Assembly (NCBI RefSeq): GCF_009914755.1
Contig: NC_060947.1
DNA from: the human T2T-CHM13v2.0 reference genome, Homo sapiens
Length of the DNA: 64,000 nt
Strand: one strand, 5' to 3'
The first letter of the stretch is position 1. Every line of letters begins with the position of its first letter. Shown here piece after piece: positions 1-11,579 of the stretch. The notes beneath the pieces were generated by a model. The model was not told the origin of the DNA. It made no database searches and saw nothing but the letters and a program-made list of their open reading frames with translations. The position numbers and the translations under genes are program-made.

Positions 1-372
1 AGCAGCTCTGTGGGGGAAGAGCGGGCATGGGGGTGCGGTGACCCTGCAGCCCCTCAAGGCCCAGTCTCTGGAGCCATCTCTCACCTCTCCGACTCTGAGC
101 TTCCACTGCACTGGCAGTTTGACTCGTGCTTCCTGCCCTCGGCTTCTCTCTCTCATGCTCTCTGAGTGTCTCGCCGTCTGGCCAGGTGGGTCTCATCGCC
201 TCTGCCAGCGTCAGCTCCCACAGCGAAGGTCTTCCGTGTGCTGTCTTCTTCTGCCCTCGCTCACGAGTTTGGATTCCTTGCTGAGGAGCAGTTCTAACCC
301 GGAATCACTGTCTGCCGGCAGGATGCCCAGCATGGGGTTTGGATCTCACACTCTGTTTTCTCCCCCACGTAG

Positions 373-464
373 AAGTTTGGGATCCACCTGAAGGAGATCG
401 ACAAGGAAGAACACCTGTATATTCTTGTCTGCACACGGGACTCCTCAGCTCGCCTCCTTGGAAA
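373..464 (+). CDS. MAGED4: MAGE-D4 internal coding exon (MAGE homology domain: KFGIHLKEIDKEEHLYILVCTRDSSARLLGK)
   Basis: TAG acceptor (AG at 371-372), GTAAGA donor at 465. 92 nt; phase matches the next exon; MHD-like peptide. Confidence 0.95.
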
Positions 465-884
465 GTAAGAAAGGGAAAGCGGGTCGTGGCCTTCCTCGGT
501 GGTGTCCCTTCCCTGCCCACACCCCTTCAGTGAAGCAGGAAGACGGGGCTTGAGTGCGGCGCACCGCTCCCACACACAGCGAGGGCTGCCTGGTGACTGC
601 TGGATGAAAGGAATGATAGCCTGGGGTGAGGCCTTGCTGCCATCAGTTCTCCCCAAGCTGCTGCCGGGCTTTATCCCCAAAGCTTCGGAGGAAAGTGCCT
701 CTTCCTCCTGCCTGCCTGGCCTGGGCCTGGCAGAGCTGGCCTAGGGGAGAGCTGCCTCTTCAGTGTAGGTGCTGATGTGGAAGGGGCAGGAAAGGTCTGG
801 AGCCATCTCTGGGCACACGTTTGCCATTTGCAGAGCTTCGGCTCCCTGCCTCGCCCTGTCCTCTGCAGAACCCTGTCAGGGAAG

Positions 885-975
885 TGTTAGTACCCATGTT
901 TTATAGAGGAGGCGATTAAGTCTCAGGCGGAGGTGCGAATGGTCTGTCAGCAGCTAGTGAACTGTGCCTGTCCTG
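885..975 (+). mobile_element. MIR SINE fragment (degenerate)
   Basis: cccatgttttatagaggaggcgattaagtctcagg...cagctagtgaa resembles the MIR core. Confidence 0.5.
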
Positions 976-1085
976 GGAAGAGTTCCCCTCAAGCTGGGAA
1001 ACCTGAGAGAGGCTAGTTGGGAGAGCCTGGTGGTGTCTCTCAGGCAAATAGCTGCTAAACAGGATTTCTCTTTCCACACCTTTAG

Positions 1086-1165
1086 AACCAAGGACACTCC
1101 CAGGCTGAGTCTCCTCTTGGTGATTCTGGGCGTCATCTTCATGAATGGCAACCGTGCCAGCGAGG
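1086..1165 (+). CDS. MAGED4: MAGE-D4 coding exon (TKDTPRLSLLLVILGVIFMNGNRASE)
   Basis: tttag acceptor, GTGAGT donor, 80 nt. Typical MHD motif LLLVILGVIFMNGN. Confidence 0.95.
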
Positions 1166-1250
1166 GTGAGTGGCTGGACCTGCAACTGGGGGGCTGCCCA
1201 TAGTCTCATCTTCTGGGTGCCAAACTCTCGTACCTCCTCTCCCCTCGCAG

Positions 1251-1293
1251 CTGTCCTCTGGGAGGCACTACGCAAGATGGGACTGCGCCCTGG
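1251..1293 (+). CDS. MAGED4: MAGE-D4 coding exon (AVLWEALRKMGLRPG)
   Basis: Pyrimidine tract plus CAG acceptor, GTATGA donor, 43 nt, frame continuous. Confidence 0.95.
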
Positions 1294-1684
1294 GTATGAT
1301 TGGCCTCTCCAGCTCCTCCCCTCGGTGCTATCCTCTGGCCAAAGAGGTCCTGGGATTGCAATAGCCTGGTGGTCTGGCGCAAGGGCGTGGGGTGCCCTGG
1401 GCTCGGTAGAGAGCAAAGGATCTCACCAGGGCGGATGGGGAAGCGGTGCTGGACGCTGCTCAGCCCTCTCTCTGCTCTGTGGCCCCAGATGACATCTAAG
1501 AGAGACAGTCAGAGTCAGGGATTCCATCAAATCCCTACCTGGGGCGTCCCTGACCAACAGTCCTCTGGCCTCTGCTGCATGCCCAGGCCTCCACAGCGAC
1601 TCCCCGGGGGCTGGGAAGTCATAGTCATGCTAGGGAGGGCCCCTGCCACCGTCTCTGCTCATGGATTCCTTTCCTTGCCCTCAG

Positions 1685-1747
1685 GGTGAGGCACCCATTC
1701 CTCGGCGATCTGAGGAAGCTCATCACAGATGACTTTGTGAAGCAGAA
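1685..1747 (+). CDS. MAGED4: MAGE-D4 coding exon (VRHPFLGDLRKLITDDFVKQK)
   Basis: ccctcag acceptor, GTAAGT donor, 63 nt, frame continuous. Confidence 0.95.
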
Positions 1748-2319
1748 GTAAGTATCACCTGAGCTAACTGCGGCTCTCACTCGAGCATCCTTTGTGTGCT
1801 GGTCTGGCTGAGAAAGCAGTTCCCTATCCCAAATCTTCAACTGGAGGGATGGGTGCCTCTGACCTGGGAGTGAGTGGCAGTGGGGGGTATGCGAGTGTGT
1901 GGGGAGCCGAAGGCCAGGGCGGTCTTGGGAAAAGGGAGCTCACGTCACCTGAGAACACGGTGTGGGGTGTGAAAACGGCCGCCATCACCTTGAGCACCTG
2001 CCCTGTAGACTGACACAAGAGTTCCCCCTGGTTTACACCTAAGGAACCCGGAGCTCAGAGAGGAGACGCCTCTGAGCATGGCTCCCAGCTGGTAAGGGCC
2101 TCAGCCCAACTCTCCTGATTTTCAGGCCAGGGGCCACCCTCTCCCGGTCCCTGGAGGACTTGCCAACGCACAGGCGCGCATGCACACCAACAAAGGGTCA
2201 GGACTTGAGGAGGATGCCTGGAGCACGCTTCTCCTGGCTGACTGTTTCTTCCTCTCCAGTCGTTTCCTCTGGTGGGCCTCTCCAGGGCTCCGCCGGGGTG
2301 TGGCCAAGACCCTCGAGGT

Positions 2320-2447
2320 GGGGTGTGCTCAGAGCAGGGGGCCTGAAGAATGGCTCCTCTGTTTACAACACACCCAACAGGAAGCTGGGGTCATCGTGAT
2401 GAGGGGCACAAACTTGTGGCCTCCCTACAGACAAATGCCCTACATGT
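2320..2447 (+). ncRNA. SNORA11D: Intronic H/ACA snoRNA, SNORA11 (U107) family
   Basis: GGGTGTG (2321-2327) pairs with CACACCC (2369-2375). H box ACAGGA at 2377-2382, second hairpin gggca...tgccc, ACA box at 2442-2444 three nt from the end; 128 nt. MAGE-D genes are known hosts of SNORA11 copies. It would be SNORA11E if the host is MAGED4B. Confidence 0.9.
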
Positions 2448-2692
2448 GGACCCCCTGCACCTCCGCATGGCTTCCGGGGAGGACCAATGGCAAAAGGCTT
2501 TGAAGGCCTCACTTTTGCAGGCAGAAGTCCTGGGAGTGGGTTTGGGAATGAGTGAAGGGCTGGAGGGGCAGGACAGTCCTCTTCCAGGAGCTGAGCTGCG
2601 GCATCGGGTTGAGGAGGGGCCCCCTGGAACCCATCCGTTCAGCAACAGGTCTGCTTGGCTAGCAGCAAAGTTTACTTTCCTCTCATGCCAAG

Positions 2693-2807
2693 GTACCTGG
2701 AATACAAGAAGATCCCCAACAGCAACCCACCTGAGTATGAATTCCTCTGGGGCCTGCGAGCCCGCCATGAGACCAGCAAGATGAGGGTCCTGAGATTCAT
2801 CGCCCAG
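2693..2807 (+). CDS. MAGED4: MAGE-D4 coding exon ([38 protein letters not shown])
   Basis: AAG acceptor, GTAAGG donor, 115 nt. Hallmark MHD motif YLEY...YEFLWG.R. Confidence 0.96.
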
Positions 2808-2889
2808 GTAAGGGAGCGCCTCTGTTGGGTGCCCGGCACCGGGGGTGGTGCTCTCCACACCTTGCTTGTTTCTTGGTCGAGGCCTCCTT

Positions 2890-2985
2890 CCCATTACCCC
2901 GTATTCCAGTGAGGGTACCAAACACTCACAGAGGCACCTGAGCACCCTACACAAGGTCACAGATGGGGCAAAATCCCAGGTCTGG
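2890..2985 (+). mobile_element. MIR SINE fragment (degenerate)
   Basis: attaccccgtattccagtgagg...caaggtcacag...aatcccaggtctg. Confidence 0.45.
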
Positions 2986-3129
2986 CACAGGAGAGTAGGA
3001 GCCCCCAATCCCTGTGGTCCTGATTTTTGCCATCATTGCACAAAGCACACGGGAGGGGGTGAGGCGGGCCGCGGGTGCTCAGCCAGTGTGGGGTAGCTCT
3101 GTGTCTATGCCTGCCCTTTTCCTCCTCAG

Positions 3130-3560
3130 AATCAGAACCGAGACCCCCGGGAATGGAAGGCTCATTTCTTGGAGGCTGTGGATGATGCTTTCAAGACAAT
3201 GGATGTGGATATGGCCGAGGAACATGCCAGGGCCCAGATGAGGGCCCAGATGAATATCGGGGATGAAGCGCTGATTGGACGGTGGAGCTGGGATGACATA
3301 CAAGTCGAGCTCCTGACCTGGGATGAGGACGGAGATTTTGGCGATGCCTGGGCCAGGATCCCCTTTGCTTTCTGGGCCAGATACCATCAGTACATTCTGA
3401 ATAGCAACCGTGCCAACAGGAGGGCCACGTGGAGAGCTGGCGTCAGCAGTGGCACCAATGGAGGGGCCAGCACCAGCGTCCTAGATGGCCCCAGCACCAG
3501 CTCCACCATCCGGACCAGAAATGCTGCCAGAGCTGGCGCCAGCTTCTTCTCCTGGATCCA
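3130..3560 (+). CDS. MAGED4: MAGE-D4 penultimate coding exon (NQNRDPREWKAHFLEAVDD...WSWDDIQVELLTWDEDGDFGDAWARIPFAFWARYHQ...FFSWI)
   Basis: ctcctcag acceptor, GTAAGA donor at 3561. The tail resembles the MAGE-D1/D4 C-terminus. Confidence 0.95.
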
Positions 3561-3755
3561 GTAAGAGTTTCGGTAGAGAAATGAGACTCTGCAGGAGGGC
3601 TGCGGAGGGGGGTGAGATGTCAGAGGGAGGGCCGGGGTGGGGGCGCTGGGGGCAACGGCAACAGCATGGACGGACACTTATTTTGTTACGTACACCCCTC
3701 CCTGGTTCGCGTGTGTCCACGGATGTTGTCACTTTGGTTTCTTGTGCTTTTATAG

Positions 3756-3765
3756 GCACCGTTGA
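3756..3765 (+). CDS. MAGED4: MAGE-D4 terminal coding bases (Q-H-R-stop)
   Basis: ttttatag acceptor, then G CAC CGT TGA; this completes the split CA|G codon. Confidence 0.9.
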
Positions 3766-3967
3766 CGAACTGCAGCGATCTTACTGGCCAAGCCAGAGCG
3801 CCTCCTCTCAGATTCCTTCTCGACACAGCACCCTAGGCGGCTTCTTCCTGTCAGTCGGAGGTGGCATGCAAGATGAAGCTCTCTTTGCTCTTCCTGCTTT
3901 CATTTTGTGCTTTTCCTTGTGTTTTCATGTTTTGGGTATCAGTGTTACATTAAAGTTGCAAAATTAA
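3766..3967 (+). other. MAGED4: MAGED4 3' UTR (end approximate)
   Basis: Lies between the stop codon and the ATTAAA signal; U/GU-rich sequence follows. Confidence 0.8.
3949..3954 (+). terminator. Polyadenylation signal ATTAAA
   Basis: Variant hexamer with U-rich upstream sequence and downstream tttggatgtttctt. Confidence 0.8.
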
Positions 3968-5234
3968 TTTGGATGTTTCTTCCTTTACCTGCACACCCAT
4001 TGCTATACCTGGCCACGCTTGGGCTTGTAGCAAGGAAACTTCTTCAGGCTCTCTGGGGTAGGTGGGCCCCACCTCTGCCAAAAAGGCCCACAGGGACAGG
4101 TGGGATGCTGGGAGGTGCGGAGGTTGGTTACGCCTGAGTGCGTGAGCAGGAGTTTGGAGAGGCCCCAGTGCTCATCGTTATGTGATTTTCTACAAACCTT
4201 GCTCAGCAGCCCCAGGGACATGGCAAGAGTCGGGGCCACAGCAGGGGCGGGGTGGAAAATTGCAGCTTGGTGCCACTGCCCCTCCCGCCGAGGGACAGGG
4301 TCCAAGGCTCTCACCAGGACCCACCTCCCACACCCCCTCCTTGGAGATGATGTTCCGGAACCCTTGGCTCATCATCCACACAGTTCAGGACCCCGTCCTC
4401 GGTACAGAGTCTGACGGACAATGAGGTGGGCCCCGCAGTGATGTTCGCAGCCCTCCAGTGGGTAGAAGGAGGGGCCGTGATTGCTGAGGGAGCAGGATGT
4501 AATAAAAACAACGCACGGTGCACGCGTACACAGCCCCTTGCCTGTGACGGAACGGCGGCCTGTTTGGAGCTTCGCAGCCCTTCTCCCCCAGCAGCAGGGC
4601 TCTCCCAGTGAGGACAACACCAGGCCTACCTAGGTCCTGGTGTGTTCAAGGGCTGGGTGATGTCTGGAGGGGTCTGAGGTAGGGCTGCACATGCTTCAGG
4701 TACAAGACGGTGAGGGCAGAGACAGTTTGGTCTCCTGGGAAGGGCTCAGTGGCAGGCAGGGACAGTGTCCAGGGCTTCTGGAGTTCCCCGGTAATGTCCA
4801 GGGCTTGGGAGGACAGAGCCCTAGATAAGGAGGGAAAACATAGCAGTGGAAGGCTCCCTGCTTCCCACCCCCTCACCCAGCCCCAGCCTCTGTTTCCCCA
4901 GGAGGGGCTGCCATCTCCGCCACGGCCAGATCCTGACCCAGACCGGGCTACCTAATTTGGGAGGCCCAGTGGAAAATGAAAACACGAGTCTCCTTGTCAA
5001 AAACTATGAAGGATTTCAAAACAACAACAGCAGAGCATGGAGCCACATGGGGAGCCCTGGTGAGCATCAGACTGCATTGGTTGCACACCCCAGAAGCTGT
5101 CCGTCAGAAAGGCTTTGGGTGGGTCTCCGTGTTGGCTGCCGCTGTGATTTCTGCTTCTCTGGTGCTTGGGTCCATGCTTGGCCACACTGACATTCTGGGA
5201 CTCTGACAGAAATCCAGTTCCAAAGTTTTACTGG

Positions 5235-5235
<1 letters not shown>

Positions 5236-5284
<49 letters not shown>
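5236..5284. repeat. (CA)n microsatellite
   Basis: Uninterrupted run of about 24 CA units. Confidence 0.98.
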
Positions 5285-5286
<2 letters not shown>

Positions 5287-5304
5287 GGAGTCCCCTTCCC
5301 TTTA

Positions 5305-5589
<285 letters not shown>

Positions 5590-6164
5590 TCAGGCCTCCA
5601 GGCTTGCTGGACACTCTCCCTTTCACATCACCTTGCTGCGGTGGGGCCTCACCAGGGACCCACTCCCCCTACCCTGTAGGGGCAGCGCTGAGAGCACCTG
5701 GGAAGAGAGGAGGAGAGCAGGGAGGTGAGAGCACCCTGGTGGGAAATGGGGGCGGACTGGACTGCGCGTCCTGCAGAAGGGTCAGACCGGCCACCCTGGA
5801 GACGGCCACCACCTCACTCACATGGCAAACAGGAGACCTAGGCAGGTTTCCCCCCTGCCCCCGGCCTGGGGCCTTCTGCAGACCCCGCACTGCAAAGGCC
5901 CACAGTCCATGTCAGCAAGTGTTTTCTGAGGCCCTGCTGTGTCAGTGGACAGCACTCACAGCCTTCTCCCAGCTTGGCCTGCTCCCTCTGATCACCCCTG
6001 CCCCAGGCCTGGCGATGGACGAGCATTCGTGCATTCACTTGTTTCCAGTTATTGACATTATGCATAAAGTTGTTCTGAATATTCATGTACAATTTCTCAT
6101 CTGGGCCTATGTTTCTGTTTCTCGGCCAAGCCCGAGAGGTGGGGGCAGTAAGGCCATTTCATGG

Positions 6165-6275
6165 TCTCAGCCAACTGAGGCTCCGAGAGGGAAGACGCTC
6201 TCCCCAAGTCACACAGCCAGGAAGTGGCAGAGCACAGACTTGAACCTGGGACCCTCTGAGGCCAGGGTGCGTGCA
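6165..6275 (+). mobile_element. MIR SINE fragment
   Basis: actgaggctccgagagggaag...ccaagtcacacagccaggaagtggcagagc...ttgaacctggg. Confidence 0.7.
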
Positions 6276-7105
6276 CTGGGCCCTGCTGTCGGCCTCCCCT
6301 GCCATCCAGGGTCTTGCAGTGTCCTGGGGGTGATACACCCACCTGCTGGGCACTCTCTCCTGACACCCACCCTCGCACCCACGTGCACATACCGCTCCCC
6401 ATCTCCCTTCATCGTGCATGATTCGCTACCCCTCACGGCTTCCCTGAACGACAGGTTCCACCCTAGGTTTCTGAGGCCTGCCACCGCCCTCCCAGCCTCC
6501 TGAGACATCAGGTTGGGTGCTTTCCTTCCTGGGCATCCATCCTGCTGCTCCTCCTTGTTTTTGTCGTCATCAGGCCCTGGGCCAAGGGCGTTTTGCCCAC
6601 TACCTCGTGACACCCTCAAAGATCGTCTGAGCTACTACTGTGCACTTGAGGAAACAGACTCAGAGAAGGGAGGTGACTTGCCTGAGATCTCTGACCCAGC
6701 TTTGCCGCTGCCTCCACTAGTGACCTTGGCCCAGCCTCTTCTCTTGACCAGTTGCATATCGTTCCGTGTTGCATGTGAAGAACCATTCACATGGTTTGCA
6801 CATTGATTATCATTTGTCGTCTTAATACTGAATTATAAGAGTGCTTTTTTGCGTGCAAACTTTTCCATTGTCGGGTAGTATATATTGCAAACATTGCCGC
6901 AATGAATGGTTTGCTTTTTCATTTCGCTAATGATGAAAAGCCAGATTTCTAAATTTGATGAAATTCACTTAAGGTGTTTTTGCATGGCTATTGCTTTCTG
7001 TGTCATAGCTATAAGAGTCCTTCGCCTACAGCAAGTTTTTCAAGGCTTTATCCTGAATTCTCTTCCAGAGGTCTTATGCTTTAGCTTTTTTGTTGACATT
7101 TAGGA

Positions 7106-7932
7106 TCTTCACAAACTTCAGAAGTTTGAAATCATACCAATTATCTTTTCTGACCACAATGGAATGAAACTAGAAAGCAATACCGGAAGGAGAATTGAAA
7201 AAGTCACAAACAGGTGGAAATTACAACACTCTCTTCAACAACCAGTGGGTCAAAGAACAGACCACAAGGAAATTAGAAAGTATCTTGAGACACATGACAA
7301 TGAAAACACCACATACCACAACTAAGGAGATGCAGGGAAAGCAGTGTTAAGAGGGAAGTTTATTGTGGTAAATCCTTACAGTGAAAAAGAAGAAAGATCT
7401 CAAATCAACAGCCTATCTTTGTGTTTCGAGAACTAGCAAAGGAAGAACAACGTAAACCCGAAGTTAGCAGAAGGAAGGAAGTAATAAAGATTAGAGCACA
7501 AATAAAGGAAATGGAGAGTAGACAAATAATAGGAAAAAAAAAAACAATGAAACTAAGAGCTGGTGTCTCTGAAAAGGTCAACATAGGTTAAGCAGATTAA
7601 GAAAAAAACAGAGAAGGGTCAAATAACTAAAATCAGAATGACAGAGGGGCATTACAATTGTTACTACAGAAATAAAAAAGATTATAAGGAGAAGACCAGG
7701 AACAACTATACCCCAACAAATTTGATACTTTAGAAGAAATGGATAAATTCTGAGAAACGTACACGCTGCCAAGACTGACTCCTGAAGAAATAAAAAATCT
7801 CAGCAGATCTCGACAACTCATAAGGAGACTTAACCAGTATTCATCAACCTCCCAACAGAGAAAACCGCAGGACTAGATGGCTTCAGTGGAGAATTCTACT
7901 AAACAGTTAGAGAAGAACTAGGACCAGAAACG

Positions 7933-7973
<41 letters not shown>

Positions 7974-8425
7974 CCCAAAAGAATGTTTGTGCATACATAT
8001 TCAACAAAAGTCTAGCACACCGAGTTCAACAACACATGAAAGGCCCATGACCACGTGGGATTTATTCGTGGAATGCAAGGAAGTTTCGATCAATGAAAAT
8101 CAACTAATTTAGTGTACGGCATCAACAAAATGAAGGACAAAACCACATGATCGGCTCAATTGATGCACTAAAAGCATCTGACAAAAGTCAACCCCCTTCG
8201 TGATAAAAACACTCAAACTCCTTGAAACAGAAGGAAACAACCTCAACGTCACAAAAGTCCTATATAAAATACTCATTGTGAACACTGTACACGATGGCGA
8301 AAGAGTGAAAGCTTTTCCTCTAAGATCAGGAGCAAGACAGAGATGCCCGCTTTTGCTACTTCTTCTCAACATAGTCCCGGAAGTTCAGAGGGCAATTAAG
8401 CAAGAAAATGAAATAAAAGGGCATC
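7106..8425 (+). mobile_element. Old L1 (L1M-type) ORF2 fragment containing a (CG)n(CA)n microsatellite at ~7931-7970
   Basis: Degenerate end of endonuclease to RT region; peptide MIKTLKLLETEGNNLN...AFPLRSGARQRCPL. Confidence 0.85.
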
Positions 8426-8479
8426 CTTTTTATTTCACTTCATTTTATTTTTAGAAAAGGCATCCTTTTTATTTCCTAT

Positions 8480-10400
8480 TTTCTAAATAACCCATAGCTC
8501 AAGGAAAACATCACCAATGAAATCGCAAAGTATTTTGAACCTGATGAAATCTTATGGGATATATTTTAATTGTCTAGATTGCATGAAAAAGAAAGGCACA
8601 ACATTTGCATCTTTCTTAACCATGTTGAACAACAGATTAAACCTGAAGAAAGCAGAAGAAATGAAATAACGATAAAAGTACAAATCAGTTAAAGATAAAA
8701 CAACACAGCCAGAGGTGGTTTTTTGAAAAGATGATGTGATTAAGACATGCCTTGTGTAGGCCTGAACAAAAAGGAGAGAAATCATGAAGCAACCCGTGTC
8801 TGGAGTGGCTAAGGAGACATCACTATGGGCAATGAAGGCATTAAAGAGATCATTATTCAAAACCATGAGCAACTTTATGCCCACAAACGTGAAACTTTGG
8901 ATATAATTTACACATTTCAAGAAAATACAACAAAATGACAGAAAACAGACTAAACATCTGAATTGTCCTACAAATTCTAAACGGGCGGAATCTGAAGGAA
9001 ACAACAGCAACAGCCACAAGAACCTACGGACTCTGATGCTGCCACCGATTAATTCTACAAAACGTTTGTGAAGGAAGGAATATCAATCTTACCTTCTTGC
9101 CAAGTAACATAAAAAACGGGAAATGCTTCCCATCCCGTTTTATGAGGGAAAAACCTTAAAGGGCATGGTAAGAAATGAAATGCACAGGCCTATCTTTTAC
9201 ATAAGCACAGAAGAAGAAATCTTGAATAAAGCATTAGCAAAACAAATCAGTTAAATCTCCAAAAAGGAAAACGTATCACAAACAAGTCAAGAGTATTCTA
9301 GAAATGAAGCGGTTCAGCGCTTGAAAAATCTATCTCTCAGAAGTAATGTATGAAGGAGAAAAAATATGATATTCCCTACAGACGCAGGAAGGGTATTTCA
9401 TGGGTTTGATTTTTTTTAAATGACCATGCACTTATGATAAAACCTCTTAGCCAACTACGAACAAAAGGGAAGTCTCTTGATTCCGTTGGAATATATTTTA
9501 AAAGCCTACAAAAACAACGATACTTACGGGTGACATGTTGACAGCTTTCCCTCTGAGATCAGGGGGAAAAAAAAACCAGATACATCCACTGTCACCACTT
9601 ACAGTGCCATGAAGGAAGAAAAAGTAATCAAAGCAGTCCTGCAAGCACAGCCTTAAATGCATACGCATGTTAACCAAAGGACATCCTTGTGAACGTGCAC
9701 CACAATAATAACACTAACACTCCAGCGCTGGAAACTACTGAAGAGCCCATTAGAAATAAAAGGCATGAATAAATTGTGGCATCGTCATACAATTCAAAAC
9801 ACTGCGCAGGAATGCAAAGAAACGAAATTCAGCTACACAGCACGACAAAAGTGAATAGCAAGGAGAAAAACCTAATGTTGCCAAGAGAAACCCGGATTAT
9901 AAAATACGTACTGTACTGAGTCTACTCATGTGTAATGCGTTCACAAACAGGCAGGATTATCGTCAAGTGTTAAAAGTCACAAGAGTGGTTAGATTTGCTG
10001 AGGTGGAAGACAAGAGTGACTGGCATGAGAGTGCTTTTGAGCTGCCGGCAATACACTACACCATTTCTTAACCCAGATCGTAGGGGATCAGACGTCCCTG
10101 TGGAACCATTTACTGAGTGGTACCCTCATTTTGCGTGCAACTCCATTTTTGTATTATATTCCATTACAGTGTACATAGAGATATTTAAATGAATACTATC
10201 CCAGGAATGTCCATAAACAATGGATTCTTCAGCGATTTGTATATTCTCTGACCACAATGCCACAATGGGATCTAGAAATTAATAACAAAAGATCATTACA
10301 AACCCCCGTATATGTTGGTAAATTAAGAAACATCCTCCTAAGTAACCCATGGCTCTAAGAAAAACTAACGTTGAAATAAGAAAATATTTTGAGCTTACTA
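8480..10400 (+). mobile_element. Very old L1 (L1MC/ME-type) ORF2 and 3' fragments
   Basis: A-rich sequence with degenerate L1 motifs (gctttccctctgagatcagg; atgaataaattgtggcat). Confidence 0.65.
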
Positions 10401-10924
10401 ATGAAGCAAACTCCAGAGGTCTTTGCCTGCCAATATTACTAAGTCTCCTCTCTGGGGAAGTTTAGATTACACAGGAAGACTCTCCTGCATCTCTGAGAAG
10501 GGGCAAGATGCCAGCAATCTGGACGCCAAACTCCAGCGGAGGTGAGGGACTGAAGATTGCTGTAGACAGCAACTGAAATCCCTACGCCGGGTTGGGATGT
10601 ATGCCTTGAAGTGAGCCTGAAGTTCCAAAGCCCATAAATCTGCTGGTTCATGCTCTGCAGAGAGTACATTTGTCCGCCATCTCCCAGAGTGGGGGGAGAG
10701 CGATTTGTCATGCTACGAGGAGCTGAGAGGGGATCTGGGCGTCTAAGTGATTTGTAAATACACTTTCTAGAGCAATCGTGCAATTTACAGCCCCCACCAT
10801 TACCAACAACGTGCCGGGATACGTGGCAATGCCAGTGTTGCAGACAGTTGGAAGGTCTGGTGAGAGGGGATAAGTCAGTTGCTTTCCTGCCATCCTCACT
10901 GCCAGTTGATGCTCAAGCTCTCTT

Positions 10925-11117
10925 GGCAACACAAGTGAGACTCCGTCTGTAAAAAAACAAAACATAAAAAAAAATTAACATGTACTCCCAGCTACTCTGG
11001 AGGCTGTGGCTGGAGGATCCCTTGAGCTCAGCAGTTCGAGGCTACAGGGAGCTATGATCATACCACTGAACTCCAGCCTGGGCGACAGAGCGAGAACCCC
11101 CCACACCCTCAAAAAAG
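10925..11117 (+). mobile_element. Old Alu (AluJ/FRAM-like) partial
   Basis: cccagctactctggaggctgtggctggaggatcccttgagc...ctccagcctgggcgacagagcgaga. Confidence 0.85.
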
Positions 11118-11579
11118 ATCAAGCTCTCTTAATCAGCTAAGTCAGTGTCACTCACCTGTTTCCTTCCCATCTTCTGCTACTTTCTTTCTCTTGTCTCCTC
11201 AGCCAGTTTCTTTGTCTTTATGGGGTAAAGCCTTAGGAGAAAAGGATGCAGCCAGGAAAGAGGGAGGGGGAAGAGAGGTGAGAAGTGAACGTGAGAAAGA
11301 GAAGGGGTGAGTGAAGTACATGACCAAAGGTGCCCTGGGGAAGCTGGGAGCAGGAACAAGGGTCCCCGGGCGAGTTGAAACTACCCCTCATGCTCTTTGG
11401 TCTGTTGGGTGCTCAGGTTGCAGGAAATGGGCATCCGGTTGGACTTCATGAGAACTCACACCTTGGGGTGTGGAGGGCAGGACACCATGAGAGGAGTCCC
11501 ACCCTGCTGCAAAAGATAGAAGAGGAGAGTTGCCCCCAACATAAAAGGGAAGGCAGTGACAGAAAGAGGCAAGCAGAGG

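Noticed and set aside
2391-3008. 205-aa minus-strand ORF
   Set aside because: Antisense shadow of a GC-rich MAGED4 exon/intron; no independent support.
3169-3564. 131-aa ORF as a separate gene
   Set aside because: It is the MAGED4 penultimate exon read into the intron stop.
4501-4506. AATAAA as a distal MAGED4 poly(A) site
   Set aside because: No clear downstream GU/U-rich element; cannot be supported without 3'-end data.
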